Assembly: GCA_011369445.1 (NCBI GenBank)
Contig: DRQF01000189.1
Location: forward strand, 17,626 to 81,625
DNA from: Planctomycetota bacterium
Lineage (GTDB): Bacteria > Planctomycetota > GCA-002687715 > DRQF01
Reading direction: 5' to 3'
Length of the DNA stretch: 64,000 nt
The notes under the pieces are model-generated. The model had not been told where the DNA came from. It did no database searches and saw only the letters and a program-made list of their open reading frames with translations. This document shows, one piece after another, positions 45,160-54,249 of the stretch (position 1 is its first letter; each line of letters starts with the position of its first letter). The position numbers and the translations under genes were made by a program.

Positions 45160-47700
45160 ATGTATCGTTTCCTCATTCGCGGTTCGCTTCTCCTCGTCTT
45201 CGTGATCGCCATTCGCGCCCAATCGCCTTCGCTCCGCCGTTTCACGCCGGCCAATCCTGGGGGAGGAGGATGGTTCGAGCGGATCGCCGCGGGACCGACC
45301 GGTCTCGTCGTCGCGTGCAGCGACCTCAGTGGCGCATACATCAGCCGCGACAGGGGCATGACCTTCACGAGCGTCGGCCCGGCCCGCGGACTCGTCGCAA
45401 CCCACGTGGCCGGTGTCGCCTTCGACGCAAACGACGGGAAACGCATTTTTCTCGGCACGGACCAAGGTGTGTTCCGGAGTGTCGACTACGGGCACTCTTT
45501 CCAGCAGGTCCACGCCACGGGTTACGTAGAGACCCTCGCCGTGGCACGCTCCAATCCCCAACGCATCTACGCCGCTTGGCATCCCGCCTACGACCAAGCA
45601 GCGGGGCGCATGCTTCGCTCCGCCGACGGAGGCTCCACCTGGCAACTCGTCGATCTGAACCTCCCGTCGGGCCTTCGCATCATCGAAGTGCTCGTGAAGG
45701 AAGACGACGCCGACACCGTCATCATTCTCACCGGCGAGGGTCGTTTTGCCTCCGGTCCGAAGTCGATCTATCGGAGCACCGACGGCGGCGTCCACTGGAC
45801 GGAGGTCGGTGGGGGGTTCAACCAGCTCGTCGTCGACATCGCCCTCGACCCGTTTGACTCGGATGCTCTGTATGCCTCGGTGGACGACCCAAACCCCTCA
45901 TCCTTTGGGCACCTCTACCGCAGCCCTAATCTGGGATCGACCTGGAATCTCCTCGGAAACCGGGGTGGACATATCTGGCCGGACCGCGAAGTCGCCGGCG
46001 TCATTCGCATGCTGGACGCCCGAACTTTTTTTCCGTGGGATCCACGCGAGGGCATCTGGGAGTCGACTCAAGGTGGCGTCGGAGGCTCATGGACTCGGGT
46101 GGGTAGCGTCACTGCATGGGATTCGGCTTGGTCCGGAGCGCCCTGGGCATTCGAAGCGACCCAGCAAGTCGGCGCATTTGGAGAGGACCAGTCAGACGCT
46201 TCGACTCTCTATTGGGTCAACAGTCAGTTCGGCTACGTCACGCGAGACCGAGGGCGTCATGTTTCCCCAGTGTTCAGCCGAGCAGCCGCCGCGGGTTGGT
46301 CCTCCACTGGCTTGGACAATGTGGTGGTGGTGGATCTGGCCGTCGCAGCTTCCGATGCCAACGTGGTATACGCCGGTTTCCTCGATCTGGGGATTTGGCG
46401 CAGCCTTGACGGAGGCCGGCAATGGACACCCCTCAACGCCCCTTCTCACACCGGCGGCTGGAACGGTCACGGTGGAAATACTTGGTCTGTGCTGGTCGAC
46501 CCGGTCCTTTCCGGCACCGTGTGGGCCCCCCAGAGCGGAGAGGCCCTGGGTGACGCAACGCTTCTCAAGAGCACGGACCATGGAACGACATGGATCACCG
46601 TCGGAGCCGGCCTGCCCCCTGGCCCCATTCTCGGTCTCTCCCTCGACCCGACAAGCCCTGTGGGCGCGCGCCGAATCTTCGCGACGGTCAACGGTGACGT
46701 CTTCGGAAGTGACGACGGCGGTGTGACGTTCACTCTCCGACTGGCGAACGGTGGCCTCCACTTCACTGCCGTCGATCCCCTGGGTGGAGCTACGGTCTAT
46801 GCGGGAGGCGAGGATGGACTCTGGAGATCCACGTCTTCCGGTCTGGTCGGAACCTGGCTGGACACCAGCCCGACCGCTTTTCATGGAAACGTCGCCGGTC
46901 CGCCCACCTGGGGTTGGGTGGGCGTCGAATCGATTCTCCCCGACCCTGGAACGGCCGGTCGCGTTTATGCCGTCGTCCATGGCGCGAATCGAGGTCTCTA
47001 TGTGAGCCAGGATCACGGCGCGACTTGGGGCGCCACCCCGATCTACGCGAACGACGTTCTCCGAGACGTCGCAATCCGCCCCGGAGATCCGATGCATCTG
47101 TACGCTGCCTCTTCCTCTGCTTTTGACGCAGGCGGCTATGATCCCGCTTCCCAAGGGGTGGTCGAGTCCTTGGACGGGGGCCTCACATGGACCACTCTGC
47201 ATCGCGGACTCGCCTGGCCACTGGTCCTCACCCTGGCGACAAGCCCTGCGGACCCAGAGATGCTCCTAGCGGGCGCTGCGGGACCGGGCATCCACCGCCT
47301 CACCCGAGAGACGCTTTCCTTGGACTCGGAGACGGCAAGTGCAGCGGGCGGCGGGGTTCTCTCGCTCTCATTGACCCCCGGGCCGAACTTCGCCGGCCGC
47401 ACCTACGTCCTGTTGGCCACGATTTCCGGAACCTTTCCAGGCGTCGATCTTGCGGGCGGCACCGTCCACCTGGATCTCCAGCCGGACCTGGTGACCCAGT
47501 TCAGCCTCCAGTATGCCAACTCCCCCTGGTTGGCCGATTCCCTCTCCAGCTTTGACGGCACGGGCGCGGCCCAAGTGACGGCGACCTTCCCTCCCGGTCT
47601 GCTCGGGGTGTTGGTGGGGCAGACGGTTCATTACGCCTACGTCACACTTGGTCCCACAGACTTCGCGAGCCCTCCCCGAGCTCTCCTCGTTCTCCCTTGA
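45160..47700 (+). CDS. Secreted BNR/Asp-box repeat beta-propeller protein (sialidase/sortilin-type repeats), function unknown
   Basis: The ATG at 45160 (the listed TTG is one codon upstream) has GGAG upstream. Signal peptide MYRFLIRGSLLLVFVIAIRAQ. Asp-boxes SADGGSTW, STDGGVHW, SLDGGRQW, STDHGTTW, SDDGGVTF, SQDHGATW, SLDGGLTW. Confidence 0.8.
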   Translation: MYRFLIRGSLLLVFVIAIRAQSPSLRRFTPANPGGGGWFERIAAGPTGLVVACSDLSGAYISRDRGMTFTSVGPARGLVATHVAGVAFDANDGKRIFLGTDQGVFRSVDYGHSFQQVHATGYVETLAVARSNPQRIYAAWHPAYDQAAGRMLRSADGGSTWQLVDLNLPSGLRIIEVLVKEDDADTVIILTGEGRFASGPKSIYRSTDGGVHWTEVGGGFNQLVVDIALDPFDSDALYASVDDPNPSSFGHLYRSPNLGSTWNLLGNRGGHIWPDREVAGVIRMLDARTFFPWDPREGIWESTQGGVGGSWTRVGSVTAWDSAWSGAPWAFEATQQVGAFGEDQSDASTLYWVNSQFGYVTRDRGRHVSPVFSRAAAAGWSSTGLDNVVVVDLAVAASDANVVYAGFLDLGIWRSLDGGRQWTPLNAPSHTGGWNGHGGNTWSVLVDPVLSGTVWAPQSGEALGDATLLKSTDHGTTWITVGAGLPPGPILGLSLDPTSPVGARRIFATVNGDVFGSDDGGVTFTLRLANGGLHFTAVDPLGGATVYAGGEDGLWRSTSSGLVGTWLDTSPTAFHGNVAGPPTWGWVGVESILPDPGTAGRVYAVVHGANRGLYVSQDHGATWGATPIYANDVLRDVAIRPGDPMHLYAASSSAFDAGGYDPASQGVVESLDGGLTWTTLHRGLAWPLVLTLATSPADPEMLLAGAAGPGIHRLTRETLSLDSETASAAGGGVLSLSLTPGPNFAGRTYVLLATISGTFPGVDLAGGTVHLDLQPDLVTQFSLQYANSPWLADSLSSFDGTGAAQVTATFPPGLLGVLVGQTVHYAYVTLGPTDFASPPRALLVLP

Positions 47701-47812
47701 GGAGGCGGAAGGTCGCGGGAAGGCGGCGCCTCGCGAGACCAAGATGTCGCTCCGCGCGACAAGCTTGGGAACGCAACCGGGAGGACGAGGGCGCCCCGAT
47801 TCTGAGGTGTCG

Positions 47813-48823
47813 TTAGCTGAGGGCGTGGACGATGCGCTGGGCGGCCTCGAGGGCGTCGCGGCCCTGGGCGCCGGTGACGGGAGGCGGAGAACCGGCGGCG
47901 ACGGCGTTGAGGAAAGCGTCGTCCTCCACCTCCAACGGTTGGCGATCGTCACCCTCGAGTTCGGTCATCGTCACGATCCCTTTCATCATGAGTTCGAGGG
48001 GATTCGCCACGCCCTGCGCGAGAGTCTCCTTCAGGTCGTCCATCCCACCCGAGAGGGCGGGGCCCGGGCGAATGATACGACCGGTCTTGTTCTGCAGGTC
48101 CAGACTCGCGTAGAGCTCGGGAGCGAACAGCCGAATCTTTCGCTCCACCTTGAGCGCCATGCGACTCGCCGTGGCATTGGCGACCGCCCCGTTCTCGAAG
48201 ACGAGACGCGCATTGGCGAGATCCTCGTGCTCGCCATCGATAACGGGCACCCCCACGGCGTGCACAGCCTGCAACGGACTCCCCACGAGATGCAGGATGA
48301 GATCGATGTCGTGGATCATCATGTCCAAAACGACACCGATATCCGTGCTGCGAAAACTGAATGGGCTCACGCGTTGACAGTCGATGAACCTGGGCTGGAC
48401 GCCGAACGCATCTAGGGCCCGAATGACTGGATTGAAGCGCTCACTGTGGCCCACCATGAGCGTCACGCCTACCTCCAAGGCGAGAGCGATGAGGGCATCC
48501 GCTTCGTCCAGCGTCGTCGCGATGGGTTTTTCGATCAGGCAGTGAACGCCTCTGGAAAGCAGCTCTCTTCCCACCGCGTGGTGCCGGTCCGTGGGGACCG
48601 CCACGACCGCAGCCCGAACGCACTCGGGCAAGTCGTCGACAGAAGCGAAGGTCTCCACGCCATGCCTCGCGGCGACCGCCGACGCCTTCTTTGGGTCCGT
48701 ATCGATGACGCCGACCAGGCGTGCCCGAGAAAGCTCGGAGAGGACCCGCGCGTGGATGGAGCCCAGATGCCCGCACCCTACGACGACGACAGGAACCGGC
48801 TCAGACGTTCCGGCTGCGACCAT
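47813..48823 (-). CDS. Gfo/Idh/MocA family oxidoreductase (possible UDP-GlcNAc 3-dehydrogenase GnnA-like)
   Basis: Rossmann N-terminus VVVVGCGHLGSIHARVL. The ATG at 48823 overlaps the lpxA 3' end by 23 nt. The functional guess rests on the lipid A gene context only. Confidence 0.8.
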   Translation of the reverse strand: MVAAGTSEPVPVVVVGCGHLGSIHARVLSELSRARLVGVIDTDPKKASAVAARHGVETFASVDDLPECVRAAVVAVPTDRHHAVGRELLSRGVHCLIEKPIATTLDEADALIALALEVGVTLMVGHSERFNPVIRALDAFGVQPRFIDCQRVSPFSFRSTDIGVVLDMMIHDIDLILHLVGSPLQAVHAVGVPVIDGEHEDLANARLVFENGAVANATASRMALKVERKIRLFAPELYASLDLQNKTGRIIRPGPALSGGMDDLKETLAQGVANPLELMMKGIVTMTELEGDDRQPLEVEDDAFLNAVAAGSPPPVTGAQGRDALEAAQRIVHALS

Positions 48824-49610
48824 AGCGCCCTCGTTCCATGCGCTTCAGGAACTCGAGCAGTTCCCGCACCTCGGCGTACTCCACGCCGCGATCCTCCATC
48901 TCGCCCATGATTTCGCTCCGGGGTCGCCGCGAACGGAACAGGAGGCGGAACGTTTCCTTCAGCGCGAAGATCACCTCTTCGGAGTATCCGAGTCGCTGCA
49001 ATCCCACCACATTCACCTTCCGCACCTTCGACGGATTTCCCTCGACGATCATGAAGGGCGGGACGTCCTGGACGATGCGGGTCAGTCCACCGACGTAGGC
49101 CAGCTGGCCGATGGTCGTGAATTGGTGAACGGCGGCCGCGCCATTGAGGATCGCTCGGTCCTCCACCACGACGTGCCCCGCAAGCAGAGTGTTGTTGGCC
49201 ATGACGACGTGATCCCCGATCACACAGTCGTGAGCGACGTGGGCGTTGGCCATGAAGAGATTCGCGGAGCCGATGCGCGTGGTTCCGTCGCCCTTGTGGG
49301 TGCCCCGGTTGATGGTGACCCCCTCACGGACGACGTTGCGGTCCCCCATGACGAGGTAGGTTTCCTCGCCGTGCCACTGCAAGTCCTGGGGATCGCCCCC
49401 GACCGTCGAGAACGGGTAGATGGTGTTGTTGCGGCCGATCTTCGTGAAGGAGCCGATGACGCAATGGGACTTGAGAACCGTTCCGTCGCCGATGACGACA
49501 TCGGAGCCGATGACGCAACCTGGTCCGATCTTGACGTTGCGGCCGATGCGCACCGTCGGGTGAATGCTGGCGCTCGGATCGATCGTCGTGGCCTGTGGTT
49601 CCGGAGTCAT
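48801..49610 (-). CDS. lpxA: Acyl-ACP--UDP-N-acetylglucosamine O-acyltransferase
   Basis: Left-handed beta-helix hexapeptide repeats (IHPTVRIGRNVKIGPGCVIGSDVVIGDGTVL), then the VHQFTTIGQLAYVGG and RLGYSEE C-terminal LpxA region. Confidence 0.93.
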   Translation of the reverse strand: MTPEPQATTIDPSASIHPTVRIGRNVKIGPGCVIGSDVVIGDGTVLKSHCVIGSFTKIGRNNTIYPFSTVGGDPQDLQWHGEETYLVMGDRNVVREGVTINRGTHKGDGTTRIGSANLFMANAHVAHDCVIGDHVVMANNTLLAGHVVVEDRAILNGAAAVHQFTTIGQLAYVGGLTRIVQDVPPFMIVEGNPSKVRKVNVVGLQRLGYSEEVIFALKETFRLLFRSRRPRSEIMGEMEDRGVEYAEVRELLEFLKRMERGRYGRSRNV

Positions 49611-49671
49611 CCTCTCGCCTCACCTCCCCTGGGCACTGGGCCCGAGCATTGTAGCGCAATGCCTCGGTAAC

Positions 49672-50970
49672 TCATTCAGCCATCATGATGAACTTGAGGA
49701 CCGCTTCCACGGTCAATTCTCCGTTGACCGTCGCCCGACCCCTGACCTTCGCCGAACTCCGCCGAGCGTTCAAGGTTTCGCATTCAAGACGCAACTGGTC
49801 CCCCGGCACCACCGGACGGCGAAACTTGATCCGATCGATGGAAAGGAGGACGGCAACCTTCCCCGTATTGTCCATGCGCCGGAGCAGGAGAACCCCCGCA
49901 AGCTGGGCCAGGGCCTCCACTTGGAGCACGCCCGGAAAAATCGGCTGCCCCGGCCAATGACCTTGGAAGTGGGGCTCGTTGAAGGTCACGTTCTTGATCG
50001 CCACGGCGCGCTGGAACCCCTCGACGGAGATCACGCGATCGAGAAACAAGAAGGGGTAGCGGTGCGGGATGATCTCCAGGATCCGCTTGATATCGAGTCC
50101 GGTTTCCCGTTGGACGAGGCCCTGGTTCTCCAAGGCCTCCAGTCTCCGCCTCAGTTCCTTCACCAGCGCGAGGTTGGTGGCGTGACCGGTTTTCGTCGCC
50201 ACGACGTGAGCATGCACGTCGGCGCCGAGCAAACTCAGATCCCCGACCACGTCCAGCACCTTATGACGGGCGAATTCGTCAGAGAATCGAAGTTCGTTGC
50301 CGATGATGCCTTCGGGACCGATCACGAGGGTGTTGTCGGTATCGGCGCCTTGACCAAACCCGGCGGCCCGCAGTTGCTCGGCTTCCGCCTCCAAGCAGAA
50401 CGTCCGGGCCGGTGCGAGTTCCCGGACAAACGTCTCGGAATCCAACCGGAAGCTCACATGCTGGGAAGGCAGACAATCCGATTGGGGGTAATCCAGGGTG
50501 TAGGAGATCTTCAGGTGATCGTCGTTGGGGAACGCGACGATGTATCCGTCATCTCGCTCCACCACGACCGTCTTGTCCAGATGGAAGCACTTGCGGGGCG
50601 ACTTCTGCTCGATGGGGCCGGCGCCGCGGATCAATTCGACATATTCCAGGGCACACCCTCCCGCCGCCGGCAGCTCGGGCCCGTCGATGTGCACCAGGAG
50701 GTTGTCGACCTGAAGCCCGTGGGCCGCCGCGAGAAAGTGCTCGACCGTCTGGACCTCCGCCGCCTGGTCCCTAAGAACCGTTTGCCGGGGCGTCTCGACG
50801 GCGTGGCGATCGTCCGCGGGGATGCGGGGGTGGCCCACGAGATCCATCCGCTGGAACACGATGCCAAAGTCCGGCGGAGCCGGCTCGACGGTCAGTGTAA
50901 CCGGCTTGCCACTGTGGAGACCGGTCCCTTCGAGGGTGACCGTGTCCTGGATGGTCCGTTGATTCCGCAC
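49672..50970 (-). CDS. lpxC/fabZ: Bifunctional UDP-3-O-acyl-GlcNAc deacetylase / 3-hydroxyacyl-ACP dehydratase (LpxC-FabZ fusion)
   Basis: N-terminal LpxC (QRTIQDTVTLEGTGLHSGKPV, TVEHFLAAAHGL, RHKVLDVVGDLSLLG). C-terminal FabZ (IPHRYPFLFLDRV, FNEPHFQGHWPGQPIFPGVL). GTG start. Confidence 0.93.
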   Translation of the reverse strand: MRNQRTIQDTVTLEGTGLHSGKPVTLTVEPAPPDFGIVFQRMDLVGHPRIPADDRHAVETPRQTVLRDQAAEVQTVEHFLAAAHGLQVDNLLVHIDGPELPAAGGCALEYVELIRGAGPIEQKSPRKCFHLDKTVVVERDDGYIVAFPNDDHLKISYTLDYPQSDCLPSQHVSFRLDSETFVRELAPARTFCLEAEAEQLRAAGFGQGADTDNTLVIGPEGIIGNELRFSDEFARHKVLDVVGDLSLLGADVHAHVVATKTGHATNLALVKELRRRLEALENQGLVQRETGLDIKRILEIIPHRYPFLFLDRVISVEGFQRAVAIKNVTFNEPHFQGHWPGQPIFPGVLQVEALAQLAGVLLLRRMDNTGKVAVLLSIDRIKFRRPVVPGDQLRLECETLNARRSSAKVRGRATVNGELTVEAVLKFIMMAE

Positions 50971-50992
50971 TGGACGGTGGGCCCGGCCCGCC

Positions 50993-51595
50993 TCACTTCA
51001 TCCTGGCGATGACGTCGTCGGTGATGTCCAACTGATCGCGGGCATAAAGGACGCTTCGGACGATCAACTGGGAACTCACGGCCTCGTAGGCGATTCCCTT
51101 GATGTCACTCGTCTGCATCTGCATGACGAGATCCAGTCCCTTTTCCTTTGCGAGCTGGTCGATGACGTCCTGAGCCTTCCGAAATGCCTCGAGCATCAAC
51201 TTGCCCTGCTCCCGATTCTTGCTGGCATCGTTGGCTTCGAGACGAACCTTGAGTTCCGCCGTCTTCACGGCGATCCGGGTGCGGATGTCAAGGTACTGGG
51301 GCGTGTCCTTGGGGTAGATGTCCGCCTCCTGGCGCATGGAGTCGATGGTCTCGCGGATGGCATCGAGCGAACGTCGCTCGGAAGCGAACTTCGCCAAGAC
51401 CTTGTCCATGTCTCCGGTGACCTTGAGATACTCGTTGATGACGCGCTCCACGTCGACGACGCCCACGGCGGGCGCCCGGCGGATCACGGTCCCGTCGCCT
51501 TCCGCGCCAGAAAGCTGGGCGCCATGCCAGAGCCCGAGCGCAACGACGCACGGCAACAGAAGAGAAACGATCATCTTTTTCCTGGTGATTCGCAT
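50993..51595 (-). CDS. skp: OmpH/Skp family periplasmic chaperone
   Basis: The ATG at 51595 gives a signal-anchor MRITRKKMIVSLLLPCVVALGLW. K/E-rich coiled-coil body. Sits between bamA and lpxC as in many Gram-negatives. Confidence 0.8.
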   Translation of the reverse strand: MRITRKKMIVSLLLPCVVALGLWHGAQLSGAEGDGTVIRRAPAVGVVDVERVINEYLKVTGDMDKVLAKFASERRSLDAIRETIDSMRQEADIYPKDTPQYLDIRTRIAVKTAELKVRLEANDASKNREQGKLMLEAFRKAQDVIDQLAKEKGLDLVMQMQTSDIKGIAYEAVSSQLIVRSVLYARDQLDITDDVIARMK

Positions 51596-51623
51596 GGGGT
51601 GCTCCCTTGATGGCTGCCCGCGC

Positions 51624-54059
51624 TCAGAAACTGCGGTCCAAACTGAAACTAATGATCTGTGTCTGATCGTCCTGGAACTTGACCAGGGGGAATCCGAAGT
51701 CGATGGCAAAGGGCACCGGCCCCAGAAAATCGATCTGCATTCGGATGCCGAATCCTACCGAGACCCGAATATCACGCAATTCATCCGACTGGAAGTCCGG
51801 AGCCAAGGTCCCAGCGTCCACGAAAACCGCGCCCCGAAGAATCTTGTCATAGAGGGGGAAGGTATAGTTCAAAGAGCCCAACAGAAGCACCTTGCCTCCG
51901 TCGGGGGAGCTGTCCGTGTGGGGGCCCACGCCTCGGAACTCAAATCCTCTCAGGGAGTTCTGGCCTCCGGCGAAGAAACGCTCGTAGACAGGGACGTCGC
52001 GAGAGTCTCCGTATTCGGAGACGTACCCGAAGTTCCCCTTGAAGAACAAAAGGTGCTTGCGCTCCTCCGAGTCCTCGTGAAGCGTGATGTAATACTCCCC
52101 CTGGGTCGAGATCTTGTGGAACTCGAGATCACCGCCCAGCCCCGCGAACTCGTAGGTCGTGTTGAGACGATATCCCTCGCCCGGGCGAACGAAGTTGTCG
52201 AGATCCGCGATGCGGATGCCGAGGATGGCCGACGAGATCAACCTCTCTCCCTGGAAGTCGAACACGATCTGTCCCGCGTCGTTGTCGATGCTGTTCACGT
52301 CGACGTATTCGAATCGGTAGCGAATCGAGCCGGCGATGTTGAACCCGAAACGGCGGCCGAGCCCGACGTTGAATCCCGTACGCTCCTCGTCCCAATTCTC
52401 GCGGATGCGGAAGCGCTTGAAGGCGCTGAGGGAGAACTCGTTTTCGGTGTCGAAGATGAAAGGGTGGGAATAACTCGCCTGGAATTGGGTGAGCAGAATG
52501 CCCGGGTAGAACGCCAACTCAAGGGTCTGACCGCCACCGGTGAACGCATCGAAGAAGTCGCCCAAGTCCTCGGGAAAATCCAGGGGGTCGAAATTCTCCT
52601 TGCGGTAGACGATGGCACCGATGAGACCCGCGTTCGAGTTGATGCCGACGGCGAAGCGGATCTGGCCGGTGTCCTTCTCCTGAACGGTGATCTCGATGTC
52701 CTTCACGTAGTCACGGTCATTGTCCGTGACGTTGACAAAGACATTCTTGTAGGTGTCGAAGTCCTCGAGGGTGATGTCGGGCTTGATCGCCGTGACACCG
52801 TTCGGTTCGAAGTACCGAAGATTGATGATGCGCGATTCGGCGCGATTGAGCGTGTTCAGATTCAGGGGACGGCCTGGGACGAGATCCTCCAGCAGGCGTC
52901 GAATGACCTTGTCCCGGGTTTCGATGTTGCCCTTGATGGTGACGTTGCCGATCTGAACCCTCTCGCCCTCGACGATCTTGATCTTGAGGTCGACGGAGTG
53001 GGTCGCCGGGTCGCTGGTGGACACGTCGTAGACACCGACTTCGATGTAGGCCTCGTCGTAATACCGGCGACGGAGGTTTCTCAGATCCTCCGCGAGAGTG
53101 AAGGCCGGCTCGTAGCGATCGCCGATCTTGGTCTTCATCTCGGCCCGAATCGCATCCGGGTCGAATCGCTCCATGCCTTCAAATTCAATGCTGCGAATCG
53201 TGTAGGGCTCGCCTTCGTCGATACGGATGGTGAGGTAGACGTCCTCCTTGTCGCGGCTGAACCGGCGATCCACGAGGGCCACCGAGGCATCCAAGAACCC
53301 GTTGCCCTTGTAGAACTGCTGCAGGTTGACGAGATCCTTCTCGACATCTCCTTCCACGTAGTTGTGGTCGGAGAGAAACCCGTTCTCGTCCGTTGCGGGC
53401 ATGGCCTCCAACAAGGTGTCGTGATCGAAGGACTTGTTGCCTTCGAACCGCACCTGTTCGATCCCCACTTGCGGCCCCTCGGTGATCTTGAAGATGACCG
53501 TGGTCCTCTCCCCCACCTCCTTCGTGTAGTCCACTTGCACGAAGTGGAAACCGTCGTCGAGGTATTTCTCGCGAATCCGCTGCACGTCGAGGGCCAGGGT
53601 GATGTCGCTGGCGAGTCCGCCCTCCCGGGATTCGATGACGTCCTCCAACTCCTTACGGTCGTATTCCAGATTCCCAAGGAAGATGATCGTGTCGATCAGG
53701 GGATTCTCGGTGACGAAGAACTGCACCTTGACGCCGTCCCCCTGGGGGATGATGCGCTGCTCCACGGTGCTGAAGAGTTTCAGATCTTCAACCATCGACT
53801 TGATGTCCTGATTGAGGATCTCGAGGTCGAGGGGAGCCCCGATTTTCGTCTTGATCTTCGCGCGCACGGATTCGGGATTGGCGGAGACGGCCCCGATGAA
53901 CTCGATCGCGACGACCTTCTTACCGTCGAGCTCGTCCTGCGCCAGGAGGGGTCCGCTCAGGACCATGAACGCCAGCAGGGCGAGGCCGATGGCGCCCCGT
54001 CCCCGTATCCGCCTCGTCTTGTCTCGGCGCGGCGCCGGGAAGTTGTCGTTGACCAGCAC
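51624..54059 (-). CDS. bamA: Outer membrane protein assembly factor BamA
   Basis: POTRA-like repeats (IEFIGAV..., VRFEGNKSF, IEFEGMERF, VTIKGNIETRD). C-terminal barrel with RGF..GVGP and a terminal ...ISFSLDRSF. GTG start. Confidence 0.92.
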   Translation of the reverse strand: MLVNDNFPAPRRDKTRRIRGRGAIGLALLAFMVLSGPLLAQDELDGKKVVAIEFIGAVSANPESVRAKIKTKIGAPLDLEILNQDIKSMVEDLKLFSTVEQRIIPQGDGVKVQFFVTENPLIDTIIFLGNLEYDRKELEDVIESREGGLASDITLALDVQRIREKYLDDGFHFVQVDYTKEVGERTTVIFKITEGPQVGIEQVRFEGNKSFDHDTLLEAMPATDENGFLSDHNYVEGDVEKDLVNLQQFYKGNGFLDASVALVDRRFSRDKEDVYLTIRIDEGEPYTIRSIEFEGMERFDPDAIRAEMKTKIGDRYEPAFTLAEDLRNLRRRYYDEAYIEVGVYDVSTSDPATHSVDLKIKIVEGERVQIGNVTIKGNIETRDKVIRRLLEDLVPGRPLNLNTLNRAESRIINLRYFEPNGVTAIKPDITLEDFDTYKNVFVNVTDNDRDYVKDIEITVQEKDTGQIRFAVGINSNAGLIGAIVYRKENFDPLDFPEDLGDFFDAFTGGGQTLELAFYPGILLTQFQASYSHPFIFDTENEFSLSAFKRFRIRENWDEERTGFNVGLGRRFGFNIAGSIRYRFEYVDVNSIDNDAGQIVFDFQGERLISSAILGIRIADLDNFVRPGEGYRLNTTYEFAGLGGDLEFHKISTQGEYYITLHEDSEERKHLLFFKGNFGYVSEYGDSRDVPVYERFFAGGQNSLRGFEFRGVGPHTDSSPDGGKVLLLGSLNYTFPLYDKILRGAVFVDAGTLAPDFQSDELRDIRVSVGFGIRMQIDFLGPVPFAIDFGFPLVKFQDDQTQIISFSLDRSF

Positions 54060-54249
54060 GTATCTATTCCCTGAAGGTCGTGAAGCGCCCGAGATCTAAC
54101 ACGGGCGGGGGAAGGTGGAAAGCCCCCCGAAAGAAGTCGATCCGATCTAACCCATTGGCGAATATGGGATTTGAAGCATCTGGAGGTTCCTCGTCCAACC
54201 TCGGGAAATCCCCGCGTGACGTCCGATCGCGCCGGAATAGGGCCAGGCC

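Noticed and set aside
51318-54074. 918-aa ORF on the + strand covering skp and bamA. Similar long antisense ORFs occur at 61401..63476, 14586..16691, 49564..51012, 54412..55779, 60440..61705, 40692..41927, 42576..43739, 43879..45033, 18244..19389, 2310..3563 and 33330..34601, among others.
   Set aside because: These are antisense to genes with unambiguous conserved motifs. Their translations are Arg/Gly/Pro/Asp-rich and motif-free. Long stop-free antisense frames are expected in high-GC DNA because stop codons are AT-rich.
54093-54151. Direct repeat GATCTAAC (54093..54100 and 54144..54151, 51 bp apart) in the bamA upstream region. The second copy is preceded by another GATC.
   Set aside because: An 8-mer occurring twice can arise by chance. 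It could be part of a -10-like element (minus strand GTTAGAT), but I have no support beyond the repeat itself.
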